In this document: positions 1 to 9,292 of the stretch, in pieces
Numbering within the stretch: position 1 is the stretch's first letter
Layout: each line of letters starts with the position of its first letter
Source: Promethearchaeota archaeon
Lineage (GTDB): Archaea; Asgardarchaeota; Thorarchaeia; Thorarchaeales; Thorarchaeaceae
Direction: 5' to 3'
Assembly (NCBI GenBank): GCA_014728035.1
Contig: WJMJ01000148.1
Location: 85,228 to 149,227, forward strand
DNA: 64,000 bases
The notes under the pieces: model-generated
What the model saw: only the letters and a program-made list of their open reading frames with translations
Told to the model about the DNA's origin: nothing
The model's database searches: none
Translations under genes and position numbers: made by a program

Positions 1-195
1 AATGTGGGGCAATTAGTTATAGGTTCAGTACTTATTGCATATGTTGGTGAAGTCATCTTTCAAGGTAATCTCCAATTTGGGTGGCAAGTTGCTTCCGTGT
101 TTCTATTCCTGTCAATACTCATCTCAATGAAATTGATTAGAAATTATCAAGTCGAAGGATCTACAGAACCAGCAACAGAAATGCCAGAAGAATAA
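1..195 (+). CDS. C-terminal end of an integral membrane protein, truncated by the window start (possibly an MFS transporter)
   Basis: Two hydrophobic helices followed by an acidic tail; stop TAA at 193-195; frame open at the window edge. Confidence 0.55.
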   Translation, partial: NVGQLVIGSVLIAYVGEVIFQGNLQFGWQVASVFLFLSILISMKLIRNYQVEGSTEPATEMPEE

Positions 196-224
196 TTCAA
201 TGAGTCATAAATCCCATTCAATAT

Positions 225-656
225 CTATTGTCGGGATTTGGATTTATCAAGTTCAAGTGATCGTAATATGGATTCAGTCCGTTTCTCTCGCATCTCTTCC
301 AAAGTTGGAAATTCAATTCGATGTTGGAAATCTTGCCACTCCTTCCAGTATTTTCTCAAATACTCACCAATCTCAAGAGGGTCACCAAAAATAACTTGAT
401 AGTTCTGGAGAATGCTTCCTTTAACTATGGTTGGAAGCGCTTCAAAAATGGTTACATCATACCTATCAGGCACTTTACCTAAGAACTTGAGTTTCTTATG
501 TTTAATTACTTCCTTATCTTCGGTATGAACTAGGACAGCTATATCAATGTCTGAAGTAGGTCCGGGAGTACCATTGGCCCACGAACCAAATAGAAGAACA
601 TCATAATCCGATAATGCTTTCAAATCCTCTTGGATATTCTCAGGCATCATTAACAT
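225..656 (-). CDS. mntA: Minimal nucleotidyltransferase (MNT) antitoxin
   Basis: LFGSWANGTPGPTSDIDIAV = GS-X10-DXD motif; overlaps the HEPN gene; likely start ATG 650 or 647. Confidence 0.85.
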   Translation of the reverse strand: MLMMPENIQEDLKALSDYDVLLFGSWANGTPGPTSDIDIAVLVHTEDKEVIKHKKLKFLGKVPDRYDVTIFEALPTIVKGSILQNYQVIFGDPLEIGEYLRKYWKEWQDFQHRIEFPTLEEMREKRTESILRSLELDKSKSRQ

Positions 657-1047
657 ACCGCTCCATTATTTCAACAAACGCTTCAAGTGTTTTCTTTACA
701 TCTGGATAAGAATCCAACACAATATCTTTGTCGATACCATTGTACTGATGTACGAGTACATTGCGAAGTCTATTGCACTTACTAAGATGTTCTCCAAGTT
801 CTAAAGAGATGATTGATTCAGAGGTTAAGAATTGTATATTTTCACTGTCACCTTTTGGAACAGAACCCAAATCCTTAGTGGCCATTGAAACAATATCCAT
901 CGCACTTTCTATAGAAGTGAGAATACAATAATACAGAGCTTTTTGCTCGATTGTAGTCGGATCATCAACTAATGAATCAGCGAGACATATATGCTCAACT
1001 ATGTATTGAAATTTAATCTTATATCGAGCAATTCGTTCATCTTTCAT
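640..1047 (-). CDS. hepT: HEPN (DUF86-type) RNase toxin
   Basis: RNVLVHQY = RX4HXY motif; 135 aa helical protein adjacent to MNT. Confidence 0.85.
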   Translation of the reverse strand: MKDERIARYKIKFQYIVEHICLADSLVDDPTTIEQKALYYCILTSIESAMDIVSMATKDLGSVPKGDSENIQFLTSESIISLELGEHLSKCNRLRNVLVHQYNGIDKDIVLDSYPDVKKTLEAFVEIMERYVNDA

Positions 1048-1202
1048 TATAGTATCACCCGAATAATACTATTACCACAAGAAAATGGATACATAATAGA
1101 TTTTGTTTCTTACTGGATTCATAAATTATGTGACACAAAAACACTAGATATTCATGTAGCAGTAAACAGCAGAAATCATTTCTATATCTGGAGAAAAAAA
1201 TC

Positions 1203-1231
1203 AAAATAAAAAAGAGACCCCTGTAGGGGTC
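1203..1231 (-). terminator. Hairpin plus T-tract terminator
   Basis: GACCCC-tgta-GGGGTC (1216-1231) followed by a T-run on the minus strand, just after the stop at 1239. Confidence 0.65.
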
Positions 1232-1238
1232 AAATTCT

Positions 1239-3767
1239 CTATTTCTTCACTTTCAGGAAGTAGATTAAGACAACAACAAGAGTTATTCCAGCGCCAGAAA
1301 TGGCTAGAATCATAATAACCGACATATCAGGTGCTGGTGGGGGTGTTCCAGTTGTAGTGGTTGTTGAACCTTGGGCATTTACGTTTACAGTACTGGAGCT
1401 TGTTACACTGTTTCCTGATGTATCATAGAGGGTTAGAGTAATTTCGTAGACACCTTCTCTAAGATTTGCATCATCCAGCAGATAACTAATGTTCGAACCA
1501 TCCCAAGTACCGCTCGCTAGAGTTGTAGTGTTATCCAGCATTATTACATATGAATGAGGCAATAGGTCACTGCAAGTCCAGTTCATCCAATGTCCAGTAG
1601 ATCCTTCAGTAATTGAGAAGTCACTAATTGAGGAGCAAGTTGGGTCTGTAGTATCGCCAACGGTTACAATTGTAGTTGCTGAAACAGTATTGCCACTATA
1701 GTCCTCAAGATAGAATGTTACATTATAAACTCCCAAATTCTTGTTGAAATATAGACCATAGTCTGCAGTTTCAGTAAATGAGCCACTATCTTCTTCAGTT
1801 CCATTTACTAGGACAGTATAACTACCGGGTGTATCCCAATTACCATCAGCAGTAAGGTTGAATTTAACGTGCGGATTTAAAGTGCCATACTCTATGAATT
1901 GAGTATTTTTTGCGTCAATGGTAGGAGCTGTAGAATCTATCACGTTGATAAGAACCGTATCAACTGCAACATTACCAAAAGTGTCATTTGCTACAATTGT
2001 GCAGTTGTAATCACCAAGCACTGAGATATCCAGCTCAGTGTTGAAACTCGTAGAATAGCTCTCCTGTATCTGCATAATATCATTCAGATAATATGCAATG
2101 ACATCAGGATAATCTTCAGTAATTGTCCAAACCAGAGGGTATAGACTTGTGGATGCCTCTACTTCCGTATCATTGGGGCCAGAGATATCAGGAGATACAT
2201 AGTCTACTTCATTTACCGTTACCTCAACTTCATCAATTTGTTCATTCATGAAAGCATCCCAGACCACAAGTTGAAGAGTATAGAGACCATGACTTAGATT
2301 CTCTAATTGATAGGTAAAGGGAAGAGAAGGAACCCAATAGCCAGATTTTACGGATTCTCCATCGAGATAGATGGTGTAATTCCAAGGATGCAGATCAAAA
2401 CCATTCCATTCGACAGTCGCGCTCTGGTCCTCATCAAAGGCAAAGTCTGCGGAACCTGAGATTATCGGGGATGTGGAATCTACAAGTTCAGCAGGATAAC
2501 TATCAGTAGCACCACTACCTCCAGGAATAGAATAGGGGGATGAATGTGACACATTGTAATAATTCCCCATTCCAGAGCCATCATCCCATGAAGATGTACC
2601 ACTACTCGCATCATAAGCATCATTTGTAGTGTGATTTGAGAGGTGGTTTCCATAGAAGATGTTTGAATCACTATTCAAGAAATTCCGGATTCCAATAGGT
2701 CCATGATGGATACGATTGTTGAGCACTCTACAATTCTCACCATACATCATTATACCATTTTGGGTAAAAGTGTGAACTACATTATCAGTCACATTACAGC
2801 CATCTAGATAATTCAAAGACATCCCGTCGTTGGAATCAAAAATCTCGTTAAAGCTGATTTCTGAAGATATCAGTCCATAGGAATAAATTGCATCCATATC
2901 TATATCAAAAAGTGTGTTATTAGTAATATGCGCTTCGGATAAGATATCACAATAGATACCGTCATAAAAATTACATATCGTATTTTGAGAGATGTGATAA
3001 TTGAATCCATTTGATGTGTCTATATAAATCCCATATTGACAGTGTCCATCAAGTGTATTTCCTGTGATATTATAGTTTTCAGAATTATCTATTTTCATAC
3101 CATACGAGGTGGCATTGATAATTATATTATCACTAATGGTGACAAATGAGCTAGTACTCCCGTCATATATTGCGGTGCTAGCTCCAATGATTGTATTATT
3201 ATGGATAGTGCAATTCAGAGCATTAAACAATGATATCCCAGTACCAGGATCTGAGATAGTATTCTTAGTGATTGTCACAAAGTAAGAATGCAATATACTT
3301 ATCCCAGAACTTTGAGTGTCAATTTGACATCCTTGGATTAAAGTACCGTTTGCATAGTCACAATAGATTTTAGATGAATCGAATGTACAATTTTGAATAA
3401 TACCATTAGTAGATTTCTCAATTCTCACACCATAATATGGAACACTTCCATGAAATTCACACGAATTAATCTCAAAGAAAGCTGACTGATTGTACACATT
3501 AATGATATGACCTTCTGTGTGAGTCAGGTTTACACCCTCAAGTGTATAGGGGGATTCTTGAGAACCAGATCCTGTGAACCCGAATTGAGTGAAGTTGTTC
3601 TCATGTGTGATGTTATAGAGTGTATCAGATGCTGAAACAATTGGTTGGTTCGATTCTATTTGGGGTATTATTTCTGTTGAGTGATCCTGATATACTTGAT
3701 TAGAACAACTTGAGAGTAATAATAGACCCAGAATAAAACCACCTATAATGTTCTTACTAGCCTGCAA
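1239..3767 (-). CDS. Cell-surface glycoprotein: parallel beta-helix (NosD/pectin-lyase-like), Ig-like repeats, Thr/Pro linker, C-terminal TM anchor
   Basis: Signal peptide; repeated GIxxxxSxNxxIxxNxI units; DTTxPT-type domain junctions; TTTTTGTPPP linker; TM followed by KVKK; many NxS/T sequons. Confidence 0.85.
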   Translation of the reverse strand: MQASKNIIGGFILGLLLLSSCSNQVYQDHSTEIIPQIESNQPIVSASDTLYNITHENNFTQFGFTGSGSQESPYTLEGVNLTHTEGHIINVYNQSAFFEINSCEFHGSVPYYGVRIEKSTNGIIQNCTFDSSKIYCDYANGTLIQGCQIDTQSSGISILHSYFVTITKNTISDPGTGISLFNALNCTIHNNTIIGASTAIYDGSTSSFVTISDNIIINATSYGMKIDNSENYNITGNTLDGHCQYGIYIDTSNGFNYHISQNTICNFYDGIYCDILSEAHITNNTLFDIDMDAIYSYGLISSEISFNEIFDSNDGMSLNYLDGCNVTDNVVHTFTQNGIMMYGENCRVLNNRIHHGPIGIRNFLNSDSNIFYGNHLSNHTTNDAYDASSGTSSWDDGSGMGNYYNVSHSSPYSIPGGSGATDSYPAELVDSTSPIISGSADFAFDEDQSATVEWNGFDLHPWNYTIYLDGESVKSGYWVPSLPFTYQLENLSHGLYTLQLVVWDAFMNEQIDEVEVTVNEVDYVSPDISGPNDTEVEASTSLYPLVWTITEDYPDVIAYYLNDIMQIQESYSTSFNTELDISVLGDYNCTIVANDTFGNVAVDTVLINVIDSTAPTIDAKNTQFIEYGTLNPHVKFNLTADGNWDTPGSYTVLVNGTEEDSGSFTETADYGLYFNKNLGVYNVTFYLEDYSGNTVSATTIVTVGDTTDPTCSSISDFSITEGSTGHWMNWTCSDLLPHSYVIMLDNTTTLASGTWDGSNISYLLDDANLREGVYEITLTLYDTSGNSVTSSSTVNVNAQGSTTTTTGTPPPAPDMSVIMILAISGAGITLVVVLIYFLKVKK

Positions 3768-3870
3768 ATCGAATATCTCCCGATTAGTTTCTCGTTCAGA
3801 AGTTGATATATTATATAAATGGAACGTTTTTTTATAACTCTCTAATAGAACTTGATTGAATTATCTATGC

Positions 3871-3898
3871 AAAAAAGAGAGAGACCCCCGTAGGGGTC
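3871..3898 (-). terminator. Hairpin plus T-tract terminator, near-identical to the one at 1216-1231
   Basis: GACCCC-cgta-GGGGTC (3883-3898) with adjacent A/T tract. Confidence 0.65.
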
Positions 3899-3905
3899 AG
3901 TTTCA

Positions 3906-6482
3906 CTATTTCTTTCTCAGGAAATAAATGATAATCACTACGAATACAACACCGATTCCAACCCCTGCAACAATAACCAAAATCATTGCATCAGCTGGAG
4001 GAGGAACAGAGGGACTAGTAGTTGTTGTACTAGTGGTAGTTGTGGTTGAGGTCGAAGATGAACCAGGATAGACCGTAACAATTGTTGTACGAACGACACT
4101 GTTACCTGATGTGTCATAGAGTGTCAAGGTAATGTTCCAAACTCCATCTCGAAGGCCAGCATTATCCAACAAGTAGTTGATATCAGTTCCGTCCCAAGAT
4201 CCACTCGCTAGAATTGTACTTCCATTAAGAGTGATTGAATACGAGTCGGGCAAGAAGTCAGAACAAGTCCAATTCATCCATATATCTGAATCACCCTCAG
4301 TGAAGAAGAAATTCGATACATAGGAACATGTTGGTGCGGTAGTATCTTCCAGAGTCACCCAACCCATACATGTGTAACCATTACCTGAAGTATCCTCATA
4401 GACATAGGTGATGTTGTAAACTCCGAGATCCGTACCATCCAGGTGGTATTCTAGAGAAGTATTACTTGTGAGAACTGTGGTGTTTGTGAGAGTTCCATTC
4501 TCATATATCCAGAGAGTTCCAGGTGCGTCCCACGTATGGAAGTCGTTGACCTCGAAAGGAACACCATCTCCAGAACCATACTCAATATCATACAGACCCC
4601 ACACAGCATACGTTGGAGGTATTGTATCGATGACTGAGATAATTACAGTGTGTACAGCAGTATTTCCAAAGGTGTCATTTGCTTTAATTGTACAATTGTA
4701 ATCACCTAATACAGAAATATCAAGTTCTGCACTGAATTCAGTAGTATAACTTACACTGGTCTGAATTACATCATTGAGATAATAAGTTACAGTATCTGGG
4801 TTGTCATCTGTGATATTCCAGTTGAGCTCATAGAGATCAAGGGATGGCTCAACATCAGCATCACTGTATCCTTCAATATCTGGTACTACATTATCTCCTT
4901 CGTTAACTGTGATCTGGACTTGATCGATTTGTTCATTCATATATGCATCCCAGATGACAAGTTGTGCTGTATGAACTCCCAATGATAAACCTTCAAAGGT
5001 ATAAGAGATATCGAGTGAAGGAATCCAATATCCAGAATCAATATCTGAACCATCTAATGACAGAGTATAATTCCATGGATGGATATCGAATATATTCCAA
5101 TCAATAGTACGTGACTCATAATCGTACATCTCTACATCAGGCTCATTTACTATTCCAGGACCAGAAGAATCTAGCAATACATTTGGAGCTCCATCATAAT
5201 TTCCAGAACCGCCAGGAATATAGTAATTAGCATCATGAGATTCATTGTAGAAGTTACCTGTCAGAGTGGGCGAATACCACCAGGTATTGTTAGTATTTCC
5301 TGCATTATCGTATGTGTCATTTGTGGTATGATTACTGAAGTGATTATTGTAGAGAAGGTTGTGATGACAACCTGTAGAAAGAACCATTCCAATTTGGCCA
5401 TGATGTATCTTATTGTCAGTAATTATGCACGAATTTGAGTTAATGAAAAAGAATCCATAATCATAGAATGTGTTCAAGATGTTATTTCGAACAAGTACAT
5501 CCTCACCTGAAACAATATCGATTCCTCGGTAGGTTGTATTCGCTATCTCGTTACCTTCAACAGTAGAGGACCAAATATAATCCAGATAGATTGCATGATC
5601 ACCAATGTTTCGAAGTTTGTTGTTACGAATTAAGCTGCCACCATTAGAATTCTGATAAATACCATAGTCAGCAATATCAACTAAGGTATTGTTTTCAATT
5701 CTTTGATAATAATTACTGTTTGAAATATCATATATGCCATAATTTGATGCATTGGTTATCAGATTGTTAGTTATATTTACATAACTGGAGTAAGCGTAGA
5801 TTCCTGCTCCTGTCCCATAGAGATTTCGAATAGAGTTATCATGATAGACAGAATCGTCAGATAACCCATTATCACGTATTCCATAATATGCTATGTCAAT
5901 CTCGTTTCTCTGAATTGTTGTATTGGGTGCCGAAGAGTGAAATATGGCATTTGTCATATCATGCATAATATTATCAGATACTTCAATGAAATGCGAATCG
6001 TGTATGTATGTGCCATATGAACATCCGTCCATTGTACAATGTGATATCAGCGTGTTGTTTGCTCTGTAAACATATACTCCACGTATTGTTGTAAAAGTAC
6101 AGGCCTCGATAATTCCATTGCTTGAGTTATCAATACGGATACCATAACGTGACATAGTTGATGCGTTGAAATCACAAGATTTTATCTTCCAGTATGCGGT
6201 CTGATCCGAAATTTCAATTATATCCCCAAGAGAATATGTGGTTGAATTTCCTTCTAGTAAGTAGGGGTCACCTTGCGTACCGCTCCCCGAAAAGCCAAAT
6301 TGCGTGAAATTATCTTCATGAGTGATTTCATAAAGTGTTACTCCAGGGTCCGCTGAAACAGCATAGGTTTCTAGACCCGTTTCTTCATTTTGGAATTCTA
6401 TTGGTATCCCTTGATTGATTCCGACCGGAATCAGGAATAGCGCAAATAGAAATCCTGCTAGTAGTAATTTCTTGGCGTGCAT
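3906..6482 (-). CDS. Cell-surface beta-helix/Ig-repeat glycoprotein, tandem paralogue of 1239-3767
   Basis: Same architecture; shared segments ITHExNFTQFGFxGSG, HPWNYT, MNEQID, LDISVLGDYNCTI, ITLTLYDTSGNSV. Confidence 0.85.
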   Translation of the reverse strand: MHAKKLLLAGFLFALFLIPVGINQGIPIEFQNEETGLETYAVSADPGVTLYEITHEDNFTQFGFSGSGTQGDPYLLEGNSTTYSLGDIIEISDQTAYWKIKSCDFNASTMSRYGIRIDNSSNGIIEACTFTTIRGVYVYRANNTLISHCTMDGCSYGTYIHDSHFIEVSDNIMHDMTNAIFHSSAPNTTIQRNEIDIAYYGIRDNGLSDDSVYHDNSIRNLYGTGAGIYAYSSYVNITNNLITNASNYGIYDISNSNYYQRIENNTLVDIADYGIYQNSNGGSLIRNNKLRNIGDHAIYLDYIWSSTVEGNEIANTTYRGIDIVSGEDVLVRNNILNTFYDYGFFFINSNSCIITDNKIHHGQIGMVLSTGCHHNLLYNNHFSNHTTNDTYDNAGNTNNTWWYSPTLTGNFYNESHDANYYIPGGSGNYDGAPNVLLDSSGPGIVNEPDVEMYDYESRTIDWNIFDIHPWNYTLSLDGSDIDSGYWIPSLDISYTFEGLSLGVHTAQLVIWDAYMNEQIDQVQITVNEGDNVVPDIEGYSDADVEPSLDLYELNWNITDDNPDTVTYYLNDVIQTSVSYTTEFSAELDISVLGDYNCTIKANDTFGNTAVHTVIISVIDTIPPTYAVWGLYDIEYGSGDGVPFEVNDFHTWDAPGTLWIYENGTLTNTTVLTSNTSLEYHLDGTDLGVYNITYVYEDTSGNGYTCMGWVTLEDTTAPTCSYVSNFFFTEGDSDIWMNWTCSDFLPDSYSITLNGSTILASGSWDGTDINYLLDNAGLRDGVWNITLTLYDTSGNSVVRTTIVTVYPGSSSTSTTTTTSTTTTSPSVPPPADAMILVIVAGVGIGVVFVVIIIYFLRKK

Positions 6483-6640
6483 ATAATGCCTCCTTAAGCA
6501 ATATAAATGAGCGAAGAAGACCCCATATAAACTTCTTTACCATCAATTATTAAAATGATTTTTAAAAAAAATGGTTTACCTAATCAAGTAACAGACTGAT
6601 TTATACGACACTTGGTCATAAGGATAATAGAGGTTTAGTA

Positions 6641-8491
6641 ATGACTCAGTCTGAATTTGAGAAATTCCTTTCCATCGAAGTTGCTGGTGGTGCTAGCTGG
6701 CATCCTGTTGCCAACAAAATAGCTTATGTCTATGATGCATCAGGTGTGAATCAAATCTACCTAAGTGAGGTTTTTGAGGGAAAAGCTCTTTGGCCGAAGC
6801 GGCTCACGTTTGAGGAAGACCGTTGTACAGATCCTAGGTTCTTGGAAGATGCGAGTATCATTTTCACACGCGATAGAGGAGGAAATGAAAATTTCCAAAT
6901 AGGATCAATCAATGAGTCCTACGAGCTGGAATGGCTTACTAATGATTTGGATGCAAAACACAGAGTCATAACCACATCAAAGATAGGATTCTATTATATT
7001 GCAAATATTGAAGACAAATCAAGACTGGACATCTATAGACGCCGCATTCCATTTGACATGACTAAACCAGAATTGCTTTATCGACCTAAGAAAGGTATAG
7101 TTTCTCCAATCCTAATCTCAGATGATGACAAGCAAGTTGTGATAAAACGATATCTTGGTAATGTCTATCAAGAATTAGCTCTCATTGATACTGAAAATGA
7201 GGAAATAACAGAATTAACCGAAGAGCAGACAAAAATTAGAAAGAGTCGCTGGACTCCAATAAGATGGCTAAATGAAGAAACAATACTTGTGAGAACAGAT
7301 TTTGAATCTAACTTTGACAGACTAGCAGTCCTTACTCTCGATGGAGAATTCAGGACCTATGACGAAATCGAAGAGAATCTCCAATGGGAAGTCAAGACCC
7401 AGGCCTATAGTTCCAATGATGATTACACCTACTATGTTATGAACGAGGAAGGTTACAGTACTATCTATCGTGCAAAATTCTCACCAAATTCTGTTTCTGG
7501 AATTGAGAAGATAGTACTTCCAAAGAAAGGAGCAATAGCATTGGGTGATGCTAGATCTTGGAATCGTGGACTAACAGTATCACCTGACGGTTCTAAGTTG
7601 GCAATAACCTTAAGCACACCCACATCACCAACTTCTGTCTGGATCTATTCAATAGAAGACAAGAAGTTTTGGAATGCTACACCTGTAAACACTGCAGGAT
7701 TGAACCCAATCAATTTTGTTGGAGAGAAACTACTTCGCTTCAATAGTTTTGATGGTCTCAGTGTACCATACTTCAGACTCTTACCACAAGGTGAGATGCC
7801 AGAAAAGGGATGGCCAACAATTTTGATGATTCATGGTGGACCCGAGTCACAGCTTATCCCAGCATTTAGCCCTGTCATGCAGTTCTATGCATCCGCAGGA
7901 TTTGCCATTGTAGCACCAAATATCCGTGGTAGCACAGGATATGGAAAGAAATATCTGGATCTTGATAATGTTGAGAAACGTTTGGATTCGATAATGGATA
8001 TCAAACATCTTGCTTTGCATCTAAAAGAAACTGATACTACAATTGATGGTGATCGCCTTATCATATACGGCGGCAGTTACGGAGGATTTGCTGTGTTATC
8101 TGCAATGACGGAACACCCGGAACTATGGAAAGCTGGTGTCGATATTGTAGGAATATCCAATTTTGTGACTTTCCTACAAAACACAGCTGACTGGCGAAGG
8201 GCACTTAGAGAAGCTGAATATGGAAGTTTGGAACATGATATGGAAACCTTGAGGAAAATCAGTCCAATCCATAAGGTAGACAAAATCGCCGCTCCTTTAT
8301 TTATAATACAAGGAGACAACGATGAGAGAGTACCACTTTCAGAATCCATTCAAATATATGAGGAATTAAAAGAGAAAGGTCTCGAAACTAAGATGCTTAG
8401 ATTCTCAGATGAAGGGCACGGATTGGCGAAACGGAAGAATAGAATTCTAGCTTATTCGAATGTACTTGAATGGCTGAAAGAAATAGTCTGA
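6641..8491 (+). CDS. S9 family serine peptidase (acylaminoacyl/dipeptidyl aminopeptidase)
   Basis: N-terminal beta-propeller; HGGP, GGSYGG (Ser), DERV (Asp), DEGHG (His). Confidence 0.92.
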   Translation: MTQSEFEKFLSIEVAGGASWHPVANKIAYVYDASGVNQIYLSEVFEGKALWPKRLTFEEDRCTDPRFLEDASIIFTRDRGGNENFQIGSINESYELEWLTNDLDAKHRVITTSKIGFYYIANIEDKSRLDIYRRRIPFDMTKPELLYRPKKGIVSPILISDDDKQVVIKRYLGNVYQELALIDTENEEITELTEEQTKIRKSRWTPIRWLNEETILVRTDFESNFDRLAVLTLDGEFRTYDEIEENLQWEVKTQAYSSNDDYTYYVMNEEGYSTIYRAKFSPNSVSGIEKIVLPKKGAIALGDARSWNRGLTVSPDGSKLAITLSTPTSPTSVWIYSIEDKKFWNATPVNTAGLNPINFVGEKLLRFNSFDGLSVPYFRLLPQGEMPEKGWPTILMIHGGPESQLIPAFSPVMQFYASAGFAIVAPNIRGSTGYGKKYLDLDNVEKRLDSIMDIKHLALHLKETDTTIDGDRLIIYGGSYGGFAVLSAMTEHPELWKAGVDIVGISNFVTFLQNTADWRRALREAEYGSLEHDMETLRKISPIHKVDKIAAPLFIIQGDNDERVPLSESIQIYEELKEKGLETKMLRFSDEGHGLAKRKNRILAYSNVLEWLKEIV

Positions 8492-8566
8492 TATGATTAG
8501 GCTGGATGAAAACTGAAATTCGCGTGCAGAGTCAAAGTTAAGAGGTAAAATAACATAAGCCAACTA

Positions 8567-9193
8567 GTGAATCCTATGAAACGTATTATTCTATCTGTGA
8601 TCTTCCTAACCATGCTACTCACTCCAGTAGCCGCTGTTGATTTTGGACCGAATAAACACATAGACAATGAAACTGGAGCAACTGTTCGTGTAACGATATC
8701 CGCAGATACACCGTTCGTAACACCATACACCGAAGAAATAGAAATTGATCTGAGTATAGAATTTAACCAAACTGATATTACACAATTGAATATCTCCGAA
8801 ATAGCTGTTTCGATTCAAAAATACCAACCAAACCTAGATTCATATACCCCAATAGGTTTTGGAATAAACGCATATGAACCAGAAATCTTCAGTACCTATT
8901 TCGGAAATATCACAGATACAATAGAACTTAGCGAATCAATTTCTGCTGTTGAATGCTATTTCGCAATTACGTTGGTAGGTTCATTCACAAACGGGTCTGA
9001 CGTCCATTCATTTGAAATAATGACATCAAACGACTTTCTCGGTCCATTCACAATTTCACCTGGAAGTGGAACTGCGGAATTCATCGTTGGGGCCGTACTG
9101 ATTCTGATAACGGTCATCGTAATGGTGGCTGGAGCATATGTGGTTAAGAAAAGCAAGGAACCGGTTAGAAAGAGAGCTAGCATTGAAGATTAG
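8567..9193 (+). CDS. Secreted, C-terminally anchored hypothetical protein
   Basis: Signal peptide, beta-rich acidic ectodomain, C-terminal TM and basic tail. Confidence 0.7.
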   Translation: MNPMKRIILSVIFLTMLLTPVAAVDFGPNKHIDNETGATVRVTISADTPFVTPYTEEIEIDLSIEFNQTDITQLNISEIAVSIQKYQPNLDSYTPIGFGINAYEPEIFSTYFGNITDTIELSESISAVECYFAITLVGSFTNGSDVHSFEIMTSNDFLGPFTISPGSGTAEFIVGAVLILITVIVMVAGAYVVKKSKEPVRKRASIED

Positions 9194-9292
9194 GTAACAA
9201 TCTATTCAAGTATAGTACTTCAGGATGAAAATTGACTCATACGAAAGTATTCATAAGATACACCAATGAACGAAATTATTGGATGATATCTT

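Noticed and set aside
4015-4065. (GTT/GTA)n-like low-complexity tracts, also near 15920-16000
   Set aside because: They encode Thr/Ser linkers of surface proteins
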